From positions 21,700,001-21,764,000 of the forward strand of contig CM114271.1 of assembly GCA_050084515.1 (NCBI GenBank): a DNA stretch of 64,000 nucleotides, given 5' to 3'. The first letter of the stretch is position 1, and each line of letters begins with the position of its first letter. The position numbers and the translations under genes are program-made. This DNA comes from Blasia pusilla. Lineage: Eukaryota. Below are positions 26,501-40,316 of this stretch, in pieces. Under the pieces are notes generated by a model, which did no database searches, was not told where the DNA came from, and worked only from the letters and a program-made list of their open reading frames with translations.

Positions 26501-29500
26501 TTGTGATGTCCCGGCAGTGTAGAAATCTTGACAGTCCGTTCACCTTCTTGTAGCCTTTCTCAGTAGTCTTTTTAAAAGGTTGGATGCAGCATGGGGAGTA
26601 TCTGGTAGGTGACCCATCCCGATACTATTCTGGCCCAAAGGCGCTTAACTGCAGAGTTCTGATGGGACCTGGTGTAGTAGCCCTGGTAAGACCGCGACAA
26701 AGAGAGAATGAATCAATGAATTCATTTATTGCCCATGGGGGTTTCTGAGTAAGGATCATGGGACTTTGATTTGTTGAATGTGCAAGAATTGAGCAGGGAG
26801 AGCCCCTACAAAGAGAACCTAATAGGTCTTCTGGTCCTGGTGGTGTTCCCCAGCCTTCACACACACAAGTTTAGAACTTGGCAATCTGAACCTGATTCTG
26901 TAAGTCATGAAGTAAGAGATCTGCGAACTCAAGTCTGATGTACTGATGGTACGTGCACTTAAAGAGAGATTTTTTCATCATCCAGAATTCCTTAGCGACA
27001 ATCCCTACATAATCTGTCCTACATTTTTGGTTTGAGAACTTTCTTTTCTCTAACGCTGTTGAGCCATATCTAAACTAGGCAGTGCATGATAGAGTTTAGT
27101 GGACGTTTTGGCAGAGACGTTAGAAGCCTGTTCAGTAGACTGCTGGGTATTCATGATGGTGCAATAACGTTGCATCCTTTCACCATTTTTCTCACACTGG
27201 CTGCATCCCCTCTCCCATAGCTTTTGGGGCAACCCAGGTAAGAGAGATATAGTTTTGTGCAAAATCTCCATGTGGTCTTTGTTAGGTGCTTGCTAGCAAA
27301 TCATCGACTGAGATTCCCCACTTGTCAAGTCATACACTGCACTCCTGGCACTAGTTTTCGCCCCAGTTATCAGCACTGTCCATGGAAGCTTGGAAGTCTC
27401 GTGCAGAGAGGTGATTAGGACCGTCCTCTGTTGTAGCTTGGTGTTGTTGAAGGATGGTGATCAGGCTTTTGATTGAATGAATCTTTAGAGACAGAGAGAG
27501 ATTGCACTTATTAAGTATTGCCTGTTGTAGCCTTGTGACCATAGATCCCATGCTCTGGTTGGATGGTGCTAGAGAGTGGGATGGGTGTAGAGAGAGGAAG
27601 AAGTGAAGAAGGTACCATATGAGAGGAGGGAGACACTGTCATGTAGTGTGATTGCTGACCATAGAAAGGGTTGGTGCGGAGCGTCCAAGTGTCAACAAGG
27701 AAGATCTTTGCAACCGGGTCCATTTCCTGATTGGGATCCCCAATACACATTACTTACCAGTGCAGAAACTTTGGGACGTGAATTTAGGCTACTGAATGTG
27801 TTCAACAGTTCTGGTTTTACCAGATTAGCAATATCAGCATCTGCCCTTGCTCTGTGTATCATGATTTTTGTGCAGGAGACCAAGTAGTGACTAGAGGTTT
27901 CATCCCCGTCATCACAGAAGGTGCAAGAGTTAGTTGTGTTCCCATCCTGCTTTTCTTATGGTTCAAGAAGATTGCCCCCGTCCTCAACTTGAACTTAAGC
28001 CGAAAATAGTTCTTCAGTTCTGCTTGTTCAGGTTATACAGTCAAGAGAGAGGTCAAACATTTCCATTGCCTCCTCCATGCTGTGCTGTTGTGAGAGTTTG
28101 CCCACTGCTTTGGTTATGGTATCCACCCATGGTTTCCCACAGTCCAGGTCCTGCAGGAAGCTTGGTTGCTTGCACAATCTCAAAACCTCTTCTGTCCAGG
28201 ATTTCGCCTGCTTTGGTTCGTTCTTTTGGTCCAAAGTTTCCCCATTGCCTCTTTATTATAGTGATAGGAATCCATTGCCTCCAGCATTCGGCCACTTCAA
28301 CTTGGCAACGATTCTGGAAAATATCCTCCAGTGTTTCCACTCCAAGTTCTTATCTCACACCAACTCTGGCTGTTCGTGAGGGAGCTGACATCATACCCTG
28401 AGATGCTTCCAGCTGCAACGCTTCAAGCCTCTCCCTTTGTATGGTGTTGCCATCCCACACTGCAGCATCATATTCCAGTGAGGTATGAATGGTATGCAGA
28501 ATGACAGAGTGCTTTACTTCTGATGTGATGTCCCGGCAGTGTAGGAAACTTGACAGTCTGTTCACCTTCTTGTGACCTTTCTCAGTAGGTCTTCTTAATG
28601 TGGGCATCCCACGTGCTGTTTTCTGAGATTTCAATGTCTAGGTAAATGTATGTGGGCACTCAGGTGATCTTCTGTTCACCCCAGTGAGTGCTGGTCCTGG
28701 TCCTGGTCCTTGCTATTGACTATCATCACATCGGACTTCAACACATTCACGTCCATGCCCCCACATGTCACTATCTCTCCTTTCATGGGGTATCTTTTTC
28801 TGAACACTTGAGATTATTCCAAATCACATTGAATCTAGAGCAAACTCTAAATAAAACATCCTCTGCTTGCATGTGAATTGCAAACTTGTTGGACCTCCAA
28901 GTAGAGATTCTATGTGCTGCCCATCCTTAAGATCCTAGTCTGATGTGCACTGCTGGGCTGGGCTAGTTTCACTACATCGGAGAATATGGGTCCGGTTGGT
29001 AAGTCAGCAGCTTTTGTAACAGCTGATTTCCATTACCAGGCAGTCCTGTTTATCTACAGCTGGGGCTTGACCCCCACATGAATTGAATGGGTTCATGATT
29101 ACCATAATGGTGGACTTGACCCAGGAGGTGTTTCTTTAGCATTCCAGCACAGATATCTGCCTTGAATTTGATGACTACTCTAATCAACGTCTGTACTTGT
29201 AATATTATTCCCTTGGCTGAAAAATTCTGTTCTAGACCTCAGGAGTGTATGTGATAATTAGCAGAAAACCAAATGTGAATGCCATTACTAAGTAGGATTT
29301 CCTGTGTCTTTCAGCTCCCTTGAAACTTGTGACTTGTTGGATATTGCTAAATGCGGAACAATCAGTTTCTGTCTGATGGATCGTTTGATTCTGAGAAGTT
29401 GAAATACTCTGAGTGCATGCGAGGAAGCTCAAATGTAGCGCTGACAAAGTGTTTGATTTTGGACAGGTTTGTTGATCAATTTTCTCGGTCTCTTTATGTG

Positions 29501-30028
29501 GAATACAAGCACAGTGGTATTGATGTGCAGTGCCAGGTAAATTCATGAAGTTATTAGGTCTCCTATCATAGTGCTTAGTTTGTATACTGGCTCTGTTTCC
29601 GCATCTATGGCAAGTGGCAGGAATATGAGGATGTCACAGGTAGAGTCAGGGTACCCTGGACTCTACCAAAATCCAGGTAGCCCATATGTAGTTCATTACA
29701 TTCTCTGGACAGGATTGAGGTTTATTTTTTGGGTGTTCCCTTGGTGCTAACTTTGGTTTGTCAACTGCAGGTACCCTTGTATGTCGCAACAAAGATGTCT
29801 AAAATCAGAAAAGCCTCACTTGCTGTTCCCTCTCCAGACACCTATGCCAAAAGTGCTCTTCACTCAATAGGTTATGAACCTAGGTGTACACCTTACTGGG
29901 TACACTCAATGATGTGGTGGCTCATCTGGGTTCTTCCTGAGTCTATCATCGACACTGTCCGGTTAAGGAGCAGCTTGGATGTCAGGAAAAGAGGTCAGGC
30001 TAAGGACACTCGGTACAAGAAGGAGTAA
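23513..30028 (+). CDS. KCR1: Very-long-chain 3-oxoacyl-CoA reductase (beta-ketoacyl-CoA reductase, SDR family); exons 23513-24135, 29467-29536, 29771-30028; 316 aa
   Basis: N-terminal hydrophobic anchor, [105 protein letters not shown], dilysine C-terminus. GT-AG introns keep the frame (623+70+258=951 nt). Confidence 0.96.
24225..25260 (-). mobile_element. LINE 3' fragment, copy 1 (intronic, antisense)
   Basis: C-terminal Zn finger CTLCDDGDETSSHFL; homologous to the two following copies. Confidence 0.7.
25450..26590 (-). mobile_element. LINE 3' fragment, copy 2
   Basis: RSELGVNPLEDRRDIAKLKWW (post-RT region) and DLCDNGDEASSHYLVSC (Zn finger). Confidence 0.75.
27510..28625 (-). mobile_element. 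LINE 3' fragment, copy 3
   Basis: SLEYDAAVWDGNTIQRERLEALQL...VR*ELG, typical of the non-LTR RT thumb region (RPxLEYxxxVW...LExVQ). Confidence 0.75.
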
Positions 30029-32436
30029 GTGTACAATGTGGGGACGGAGGCTAATCCACGTGGCTTCTCACTTAGGCTGAGTCAGTCTTGACAAAATCGG
30101 AAAAGAAGTTACACAATGTGAGTGTTAAGATGTGTAGTTGGAATCACTTCGAGCAGGATGTCAAGGCTTGGCTTCATGTAGACCTACTTGGTTCAGAAGA
30201 AACAGGACATCAACAACCCGGTTCAAATGGGAACAAGGCTATTTGAGTTTTCCTGACAACTTTCATCGGTTGTGGGTTTCCTCAGAGTAGTGTAGCTTTC
30301 ATGAAAAGTCTAGAATTCTCCTTTCATGTAGTCCAGATTTCTTGTGTAGTGTAACATGCATTGGTCAACTCAAAACGTTCTTCTAGGTGTGAAGTGTGTT
30401 GCAGTACACGAAAGCAAACCCTAACTCAAGGAAATGAGCTTTCAGATGCGACTCATGACATGATTCCTCAAAGATTTTGGTACTAGTGATCAGTGCAGGT
30501 GGCATTGCATGCATTTTTTTGCTCCGATGTGTCCTTGTTGATTCAAAATAAGGATTGTCTGGCTCAACCTTCCAGAATCTTGCCATCTGCACAGGAAAGT
30601 TTCTACTTCTTGATCTTGATTGCTGAACAACTTGGAAAAAATGTCATCAAGCTTTTTGGTGTTCAGATACTGACAGATCCTCAAGCGCTGTACCAAGTGA
30701 TGATGACCTTGTGTTCTTTTTCACTTTCTCTCCTCCGGCATCGGTGTCCTCGTTTCTGTTCACTGTTCCGATCCAGACTTGGTTTTGCTCCTAGGATTCA
30801 AATCTTCAGACAGACAGACCCCCCAATCACATCCTCTTCTGTAATTCATTTTGCAGTAGAAACCATTTCATCGTTTCCTTAACCCAAAGATGCATCCACA
30901 GTTTGGTTGCAGAGTGCAGGTGGAATATCGTGAGTGATGGGCAGGCAGGCAGTTCGTATCCCGCGAAATTACGTAGGGTCAAGGTGTCGTTGTCCATTTG
31001 AGACCACGCACTATCACCAAAAGGTGTGTCAAGGGCGGGACGAGTTTACCAGTTTTGCTGGTCGTGTTTAGCGGACTCGTACACTGTTTAAGTGAGGCAA
31101 ACGATTTGTTCACGTCCAATGGGTTTGATGACGAAACCTCGGCTTTAAAGGATGACATCTTTCTGGAAACGTGAGGCGGGCGCGAAAGCGACGGAAAAAA
31201 AATGCTCTGAAATTATGGTGTGGTGATTAACCAACAAGCCCCACCAATGGGAACACAATGTATCGGGTTTGATGGTCAATATGCCATAAACCTGAAACGT
31301 AGAGATGTGTTAACCCAAATCACAGTGTCCCATGGAAGGTTTGTTGTTGCTCTGGAAAGTGTAATTATGGAAATTCCTCCGTCGAGAGTTGAGCGTGTCT
31401 CAATGCGTTTTCCCTCGGGGAAATAGTAAGTGATACCATCTTAAAGGAAATCTAAGTGTGAACAAAGCCTGAAAGGTCCAACATTCCTTCCAAAATCCCT
31501 TGTCCTGAGTCGACTCAAAGAACACCTAGGTTAGAAATCACCCGCCACCCAAAAACCAAGATTAAATATGAAATGGACGAAATTAGTGAAACAATTGTGT
31601 ATTGCCATGTCATGGATGGGAGTGGACGGGTTAATCATGTTATCCATAAGTTCAAATTAAATTTTTGTCGTTGTATATAGGAAATATTGTTTTGGTGTCC
31701 AATTGTCACGTGTCAAACATACATGTGTTGCAAATCTCCAATAATAATACAATTCACCGATTTGTCTAGTAATCCTTTAGAGATTCTCTAAAGGTAAACA
31801 TGTCATTCCGGGAAGGAGTAGATCTTGCATACAATTAGTGAAATAATATGATCTTGCATACAATTAGTGAAATTATAAAATACTAACAAGTTTAGAATTT
31901 TGAAACATTATGTGTTGTCTCTATAAGTTCTAGTTTTTTTTTTTCTAGATTATCCACGCGTCCTATGCACGTACGTATTAATTATTTTCTTTTCCACCTC
32001 TCTTGTCTCACTGAGTAATCAATAAATGAATATTCAATGGAATGAAAATAAAAATAATTTTCATGAAAATTAGAATGTCATTTAAAATTAAAAAACATTT
32101 TCGTGCCCAAGTTAGCAACACGAGCATGCTAACTAGTGCGGAACCATGGTCACTGCGAGGTGTGAGGCAAAGACGCCACACGCTCCGGTTGCGATAGGGA
32201 CAACACCTTACGTAATCCCTACTTCATAACAAGACGTGTCATTCAACAACATAATGAACAAGTCAATGCGTGCATGTAGGCTGCGCAAGGCGGTTCCTCA
32301 ACTTACACACATGGAATACGGCCACATTTCACAACACTACAAAGCGAGAAGATTCACGGAGGTCCAAGCGCCCCCTCGTTGTCAACCAGCAAATGGCGAC
32401 CTTCCCTTTGCCTTTCTGACAAAGGGAAGGTCAGTG

Positions 32437-33838
32437 CAGGGTTCGGGGAGTTTTTTTTGGAATTGTCAGACGATTACTGGTATATCTATTAATGAATCGG
32501 TTTTTATTTTTTTGGTATCGGATGTATCCGAACATACTCTTAATTGCCCAGTATTTTCTGGTATTTTTCTTTCGGATCGGTTTAAATCTGAAAATTTCTT
32601 TTCCTCCTTCCATATATATCCGCCCTTTTTTTTCCTATTCCGGCCAATTTCCCGGCCGAATTTTCCATTTCCGAAAAAATCTTCTGGAAGAAATACAAAC
32701 TGAACACAAAGGAGCAGCCGATGAGAAGCATGCCAATATGGCATGAGAAAATCCAATGAGTGAGGAAAGGGAGTTATGGATGCAACCGGGTAGAGCCACT
32801 GCGGGAGATGTGCGGACCTAACGAAGCTATGGACTGAGCCCAACCGTGGAGGCAACGGAGCTATGCATGTGGAAGTGTATGCATGTGAAAGTGTTGAACT
32901 GCAGCAGATACGTAGCAAAGCTGGGTGTGGAGCCGAGAAGCCTCTTAGTAAAGTAGCAGAGCTACGGAGGTGAAAGCAAGTGAAACCGCTGATTGAAGCT
33001 ATGGACAAAGTAGAGTTGAGAGGATTTGAAACGTTAGAAAGTGCAGCGGGAAACTAAGAGTACGACGCAAAAATTAGGGAGATTCGGAGTGTGAAGTGCG
33101 GACTCCAGAGCAGCGACACTGCGTTGTACAAATCCGATTCATCCAAATGCAAATCTGAATCCGAATCATCCAAATGAATCCGAATCATCCAAATGCAAAA
33201 GCTAGAGAGCAAAGTGCGGACTCCGGAGCAACAGTACTTCGTGGTGTGGGACTGCGGATCACGAGTCATTAGAATGCAAAAGCAAGGAAGAGAGCGAAGT
33301 GTGGAAAGAAAGTGATCAGAAATGATCCGAATGCAAAAGCAAAAATGGCTTGGAGAGCCTCTGGGTGGAGTCTCCATCCAACAGCCAGGCCCGTAGCTCA
33401 GGATGGGTTGGTGCCAAGCCATCATCCAATCCCCATCGGACTACTCACATTACTATTCTAATTTGGAAATGAGGGCACCATTTGCACCTGAACCACTGAG
33501 ATTTAGCAGTCTCCCCAAGGCGATCCAACCATACGTCACAACAACCAATCATGTACGAGCATCGGTTTTCCAACACTCCGGAAGTCACTCGATCATATTC
33601 CGCTCATTGGAAATACCATCCCAGCCTTAAACCGACAGTCCTGTTTGGACATGGACACTTACAGGTTACTTCCAGCCAGATACCTGTCCTCTACCGACAT
33701 CACTCATGTATGCCAATCAAATGCCGAAATGCTCCTAGAGTCTCTCGGAAACCCTGCCGGCAAACTGAAATAGTGAAGGGTAAATTAAAAAAACAGCCGG
33801 CCAAGGTTACTCGCAACCCCGGATCTCCCCGAACATTG
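32437..33838. mobile_element. hAT-type non-autonomous DNA transposon, 1402 bp
   Basis: TIRs cagggttcggggag / ctccccgaacattg; 8-bp TSD ggtcagtg (32429-32436) / ggtcaatg (33839-33846); short internal tandem aatccgaatcatccaaatg at ~33131-33200. Confidence 0.85.
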
Positions 33839-34499
33839 GGTCAATGTCGAGAGTTTCAAAGGTAGCTGTCGTCAGTGTCGAGAGTAAGAACGTGTCCGAA
33901 AGCGAATCGTTTTCCCCACCGCCCTCTTAACTCTGCACCTTTCAATCCACGTCCATAATCGGACGTGGATTGAAAGGTGAAAAGTTACTTCCAATTTAGC
34001 CATCGCTCAACTTCCAATCTCCACAACTATCCGAGACACCCAAACTGAAAGACCATTCGCGAAGCCCATCATGTCATCCTTTTGTCCTTCTGGAAAGGTT
34101 AGAAAACCCTGTTCATGATTTTGATTCATGAGTAATTATCAAAGACTTGGGCTCGTGACTAATCGCGAGAACTCGGCCTCGTTCATGCATTTATTCACTT
34201 TCATAATGTTGGCCTACTACCACCGAACGAAACTTGCGAGAGTAGTTTTGTGTTCGGGACTAGTATTATCATCTTGAGGCGTTCCCGTAAGCCTCGACCT
34301 GCACTACCACAGTTAAACTATAAACTATACATGGTTCGTAGTCATTAGGGAGGGTCATTTTATCAGATATCCGGAATCGCCCACACTACTTCCGCAAGAG
34401 GAGGGGGAAGGAAAACCTACTTCTACCCTAAACAACACATGGTGCAGGTGGTCAAGGTCTACAGGAGCCCCCACTACCTACACACAAGACGAAGACAAA

Positions 34500-35400
34500 G
34501 ACTTGAATTGCTCAGCCATGTCAATGGGCAATAAGATACATGAGTGAGGAATTCAGGTAAAGCATGTAAATACTGCAAAGATAATCACCCTAAACTCTGT
34601 AAGAGAAATCATTCCAGAAGGAAGCAAGGTACCAATAAATACCCCGGGCTAAATTCAGAAGCGCCATGGAACTCAGTACTTCGGACAAGTTTGAAATGTG
34701 CTCATTCCCAACAGGTGCTTTGTCATCCACATCAGTCTGCTCGATAAGGTAGATACTTTAAGGGGTAACTCCGATAACCAAGGAACATGTTCCTTCTCCT
34801 CAAAGGTGGACACTCTCCTCTTTAACCGGATTGTACAAACAATCTTGGCAAGCATGTTCTGTTTGGATGCCCCCATCAAATGTTTTGTGTCCTTAATTAA
34901 GACAACATTCATCTTACCTCCATGGTTTTCCACCACTAGAAATTCAGTCAATCCCTTCTTCTGGAAATATGAGTTTAACCATACATGGTCCCCCACCAAC
35001 CGGACTTTGGGTCAGAATGCAACATTAAAGCCAGCATATATCGCGGCATGTTCTAGACACTTATAAATTTCCAAAGGAATTCCTAAGATAATCCAATCAT
35101 CCAAATACATTTTGGAGTGCGGATGCGAGCGCTTCCACACAATATCAGCTAAAAAAAAACTGAACTAGAACTGCTATGTACTATGGGGCTGACCCATGTC
35201 TCAAGATCACCCTGGTTTCATGATAGAAGACCGGTCATGTTTTCATGTTTTTTAACCTAAATTCCCAACAAGCGCAGCCCGCTGGCATCTAAAAACATCG
35301 GCTGCCCTGATATGGCCCTAATGTTTTTGTCCTTGCTGGACTTAAACCTACCTCCCCTATTGGATCAAAAATAGTAAATTTTGATGACGGACTTCCAATG
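34500..35400 (-). pseudogene. Possible highly decayed RT/RNase H (DIRS-like?)
   Basis: The minus strand reads MYLDDWIILG (~35110-35081) and further on DVDDKAPVG...LLNLARGIYW; other RT motifs are not clearly recognisable. Confidence 0.3.
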
Positions 35401-36199
35401 TTACTAATGACCTTCAAACCTACACAATACCAAAAAAAAAGCACAATTCAACAAGATTATGAGAACCATCGCATTAGCATTGCAAAAACGGATCATCATA
35501 CCTTAGGGCTTAATTTCAGCAAGAGTTTCAGAAGGCACCCACTCACCGTATTTCTGAATGTTGAGTACCCAGGGCTCGTCGAAGACAGGAGTTAGTCGAC
35601 CGCTATTGTCCGTAGCAATGAGCCAAAGAGAGAGGAGCGTGAACCAGGAGCAGACGAAAAGACCCAAGGGATCAGCAAAGTGCACAGAGCATAATCTCCA
35701 ATAAAACAACAAGCACAGCCGCAGCCGATCCATGAGCGAAATCAAGCCAATGAACCAAGAGCTGAAGAGAGAGGAATGCAACCATAGAGGATCTTAGTAA
35801 CCGATAATTCACCAAGCCTATGACCAAATTTGAGTCAAGGACCGAGGAGCCAAGAGAAAGGCCGAGGAGAAAGACCGCGACAGAGGATTCAAAGAAGTAG
35901 AGGCATGATCAGCAAACACCAAACCCCGATCGCGGACGTGTAAGAGGTCACTTCAAACCTATAAGATTTGCCAAGAAAGAAATCTATAGCCCATGTTGGG
36001 AAGCCATCTCATAATCACTCAAGCCTTGCAGCAAAGCGACCCTAACACGACGACCAGCCAAGGACTCAGCAATCTATCACTCAACTTTGCTCAACTGTAA
36101 GAAGGGATCCGGAGCAACAGCCAAGGCGAAACAAGGCGAAGAGCTCGATCTGCTCTATGGTCGCGACAAGCTTGAGGCGCGAAGGAGCGAATGATGCCC

Positions 36200-36390
36200 G
36201 ACCTTTGATACAGCTTGATCTGCGCCAAGGAGCAAACGACAACCGAAAGCTCATGCAGCAAAGGCCTTTGATACAGCTCGATCTCAACTGCACTAAGGAG
36301 CAAACGTCGACCGACAACAACGAGCAGCAATGGCTTTTGATACATCTTGATCTGCATTGCGCCAAGAGCAAATGATGACCAAAAGCTCGG
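36200..36390. repeat. Three imperfect ~65-bp tandem repeats
   Basis: Unit core ctttgatacagcttgatct...gcgccaaggagcaaacg occurs three times. Confidence 0.65.
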
Positions 36391-37435
36391 ATAGCAATGG
36401 CCTCAATTACACCGGTTGAAAAAATGTCGACCGAGAGCTCAAACGGCAATACAGATCGATCGGCACTGCTTCGATCTCAATCTCAAAGTCGAACAACAAT
36501 GACCAAGGAGCAACGAACAGCAACCAAACGAGCTAGGATCTCAAAAGAAACAGATCAAAGGGCGGATGGGAAGAAAGAACCTGAGCGAGCGCAGCAGTGA
36601 AGAGTGGAAGGAGAGGAGCTCGATCGAGCCCAGCACCAAAGTGCGGAAGGAGCTCAATCGAGCCTAACAGCAAAGGGACTCGATCAAGAAGCAACTGCAG
36701 AGCGACAACCAAGCCAAGGAGCGAAGCAACTAGACCGAGCTTTGGGACAAGAATGATGGCGACGAGGAGCAAAGGAACAGGACCGAGATTTGCAACTAGA
36801 AAAATAGCGGCCCAAACTCGACCATGAGCTCCTCGACTGGAATAGAAAACCTCGTGTGAAACCCCACTGATATGAACAAACAGTAGAGGGAAACCTTGAC
36901 TCGAACAAAAAACTTTGTCCTAAACCTCGAGGAGCGACGAGCCAACAGCGCCAAGTGAGCAGAGGAGCCTACACACCAAGGGAGCCAAGACACGGACGGA
37001 GAGCGTCCGTATCTATCTCTGTCCATGAGAAGACGGAGACGGATGCCCTCATGATGTCGTTCGGACGCCGTTGCACCGAACGTCGACTCCGTCCGTCTCT
37101 CCAGCGGACGTCCTCTACTACGTCCGTCCCTCCAACAGACGGGGATGGGGCCGAGGGACGCCATCGGGACCTATCTAAACACCTCTTTGCCAATATCCAA
37201 GGTCTCTCGCCGCTAGCTACAGACCCTGAAATCGATGCCCAAAGCTGCTCGAACTAGCAGCTACCCTACGCGGCTTCAATGCAAAGCCGGGACAACCCAT
37301 GGGCTTTGAGATCGGGATCCTACTGATCCCTACCACTACCACGAGACATAAAGGCTACACATCCAACATTAGGAAATTTGAGCATCATCATTGGAATATA
37401 CCGTTGTAGATGTTCTCTCTAAGTTTCCATCCTAT

Positions 37436-39798
37436 TGTGATACCCACAATTTTGTACTCTTGAAGAATATATCTTTTTATTCAACGAAGATCCTTGTATA
37501 TTATGATTTTGATTATGATTATTTATTATTATGAGGAAGAATGAGTGAATCACGAAGCTCCTGGGACAAGGCAGAGAGATGGAAGATCAAGGATTTGCCT
37601 TAGAGGAGAGGAAAACGCAATAACAAAGTCTCAAGACTCAGAACGAAGCTCAACGAAGATGTACGAAGCTCTGTCTATGAAGTGCTTCGCTACATAACGA
37701 AGTATAACGAAGAAAAGAAGAAAGAAGTACTTCGCTCTTGTACGAAGTACAAAGCACGAAGCACCGGAAATAAGAACGAAGCATGGAGTACTTCGTCCTC
37801 ATGAAGTCCAGCGAAGCGAAGCTAAGAAGGATTGTGATTTCAAGGGACACATGTTAGAACAGTTAGACTAGGAAAGGGCGCGACCCTTTGTATCAAATTG
37901 GTAGTTAAGACAATTTTGTACCGCGGATTCACAGGGATCATAGGAAAAGCTAAGAGAACCATAGATCTAGGTAGTTAGAAATAGTGAAGAGACACTAACT
38001 TCATCAAGAACGTTTTGAATCTTTGGATCACTTCCACTCCAGAAAATATTTAAGAAGCAAGGCAGAAGCCATAATCATCATTCTCTTACGAAGTCCTTAT
38101 GTTGTAGGAATGGTCTGAGCAAGAGAGTAGTACCCTCTCGAGCTTGTATACACTTTGAAGCTTTCTTGTTCTTGATGGAGTAGTAAAGCAATCATTCATT
38201 CATTCTGATGTGCGATGGTTATGTTTGAGTATTCTTTTTGGGTCTGCAGAGTGAAGAGTGAATCAGGCCAACCTTTCTCATCAATGAAATAATCAACATG
38301 AGTTGTAGGAAATCTGTTTGACAGAGAGTAACCTGCCGAGACGGATTAAGTTCCGAAAGTAGGAGAAGTCAGCTTTTATGTTGAGATCTTTGTGAGGTTT
38401 CTTGATGTCGAGAGGAAAATCTACCTGAACATGCTGTCAATTCCACTAGAGAGAATCGAGAAAAGATCCTTTGGTACCAAGAAAGATCAGAAGATAATGA
38501 TAAGACATTGAATATAACTCACACACATTTAAATACAACTATTACAACAGAATTGTAATTCCGAACTCTCTTTTCATCAAACAATCATCCTCTTGGGGAT
38601 TGAATTTATTAAAACGACTGTAAAATAAAAACTCTTGTACATTACATATAGCAAGAAACTTTTTTGGCACCGCAATCCCCATGTATATCTCTCCCTTTTC
38701 TTTGCTGAAAAGGGAGAGATATACATGGGGAATCCGGAAGTGGGGAAAGAAGCCTCGTCTCTTGGAAGACCCAACCAGCTAGTTCTTACTAAAGACCATA
38801 TGATATCTCTAGCTATTCCCCTCACACAATGGATGAAAGAAGATAACAACAAATTTGCTGCATTGGTGCTAGAAAAGATAGAACAATTAATTAGCCTTGT
38901 CAATAAACCGAATTAACGATTGCTCCCATGAACGTCAGTTGTACTTGGTGATGACCCGGTACTTCTGTTTATGGGAGGAAAACCTAGCAGGAAGATTAAG
39001 AGCACATGGCACACTTCTGTAGGCTTAGGAAGTAGAAACCTTTAATTTCCCTCCATGGACCCCTACCTTTTTGCGACCGTGGGTGCGGAAGCAAGTTCCC
39101 GGATCCCAGGAGGGGCTCATGGAAGGCTCCCGGCCCTCTTCGCGAGATCAGCGAGCCGATCGACGGAGTAAGCAACAAGAAGATCACCCGGCTTGGAGAC
39201 CTCCTGGGTTGTCTCCCGGTCTTTGTCTTCGCACGAAGCCCAAGAGCAAGAAGAGGGACAGGAACAAACTCTCCACTACGTCCCCTGCCAGTTTGCAGTC
39301 GGACGAAGAGTCAACCTGGGACCCCTTTGGGGAGTCTGGGGACGCAGGGCCGACCAAATCAACTAGAGCGGAGCCGCTTCCTCCTCCCTCCCGAGCCTCA
39401 AGCCCGGGACCCGGCAGTAGACCATTCCCCATGGCCAATACTAGGAAGACGCTGCTAAGGTACCCCACCTTTGCTGGGGGACAGCGAGATGATGTGGACA
39501 ACTTTGTGCTGGAATTTACCCATGTAGCCAAGGCAAATGGGGAGGAGGACTTGTTGCGAGTCTTTCCTGGCCTGCTCAAGAAGCGAGCAAGCCAGTGCTA
39601 CGAGGGTCTCGGAGCAAACGTCATGGAAACATGGAAAAGGGTATTGGAGTCCTTCCTACATGAGTTCCGCGACCTGGAGTTCGAGGACAGGCTTCTTACG
39701 AAGGTTCGCGACCTGAAACGAAAAAAGAAGGAAACTCTCCGGGAGTACACACAAAGGTTTCGCAGCCTGGTGAATAAACTGGAACACACCACTACCTC
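37436..39798 (+). mobile_element. LTR retrotransposon family B: 5' LTR, PBS and gag, truncated by the MULE-like element
   Basis: TGTGATACCC start; homologous to 8829-10855. ORF 39071-39907 contains the gag-like YPTFAGGQRDDVDNFVLEF...LKKRASQCY...ETLREYTQRFRSLVNKL; sequence switches to the DNA transposon at ~39799. Confidence 0.85.
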
Positions 39799-40316
39799 GC
39801 AATATGTGCTCCGTCCTAGGAGACACCATCATGTCCTGAGCCAGGTAGTAGGAATCCAACACGTCTTAGAGAAGAGAGGAAGCCTAAGACTTGTTAGACG
39901 AAACTAGGGGAAGGTGCAAAAGTGAAGAAGCCTGCCAAAATGCCTGTAAAGTTGGACTAAGAAGGAAAGAGTCCGATCACTCACGCAGCCAACCTGTCGG
40001 AATTTGACAGGTTTCCTGGAAGTGGTTAAAAAGATGGAGTGGTCAAAAAATTAAAAGTTGCAACCCGTGGCAATTCGACGGGTTGCAATATGAAGTGTCA
40101 GAGTACATAGACGATCACAATCGACAAGACCAAAAAATATATTCAACAAACTTTTACAAAAGCCATCATCGTTTGAAAAAATCTTGTCCTTTATTACATC
40201 CAAAGGAATCTCGGAATTGTACATTTGATCTATTCTATGAATTCTTATGCCTCATCATCAAATAAATCCCTACTCCAAAATGTTGTAGTAAAGCTGGGTC
40301 CTTGAGTTCTTTGAAC

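Noticed and set aside
31560-32140. Helitron 3' end (gttagca...tgctaac followed by CTAGT)
   Set aside because: The hairpin overlaps the CTAG rather than lying ~10 nt upstream, and no 5' end or second copy is evident.
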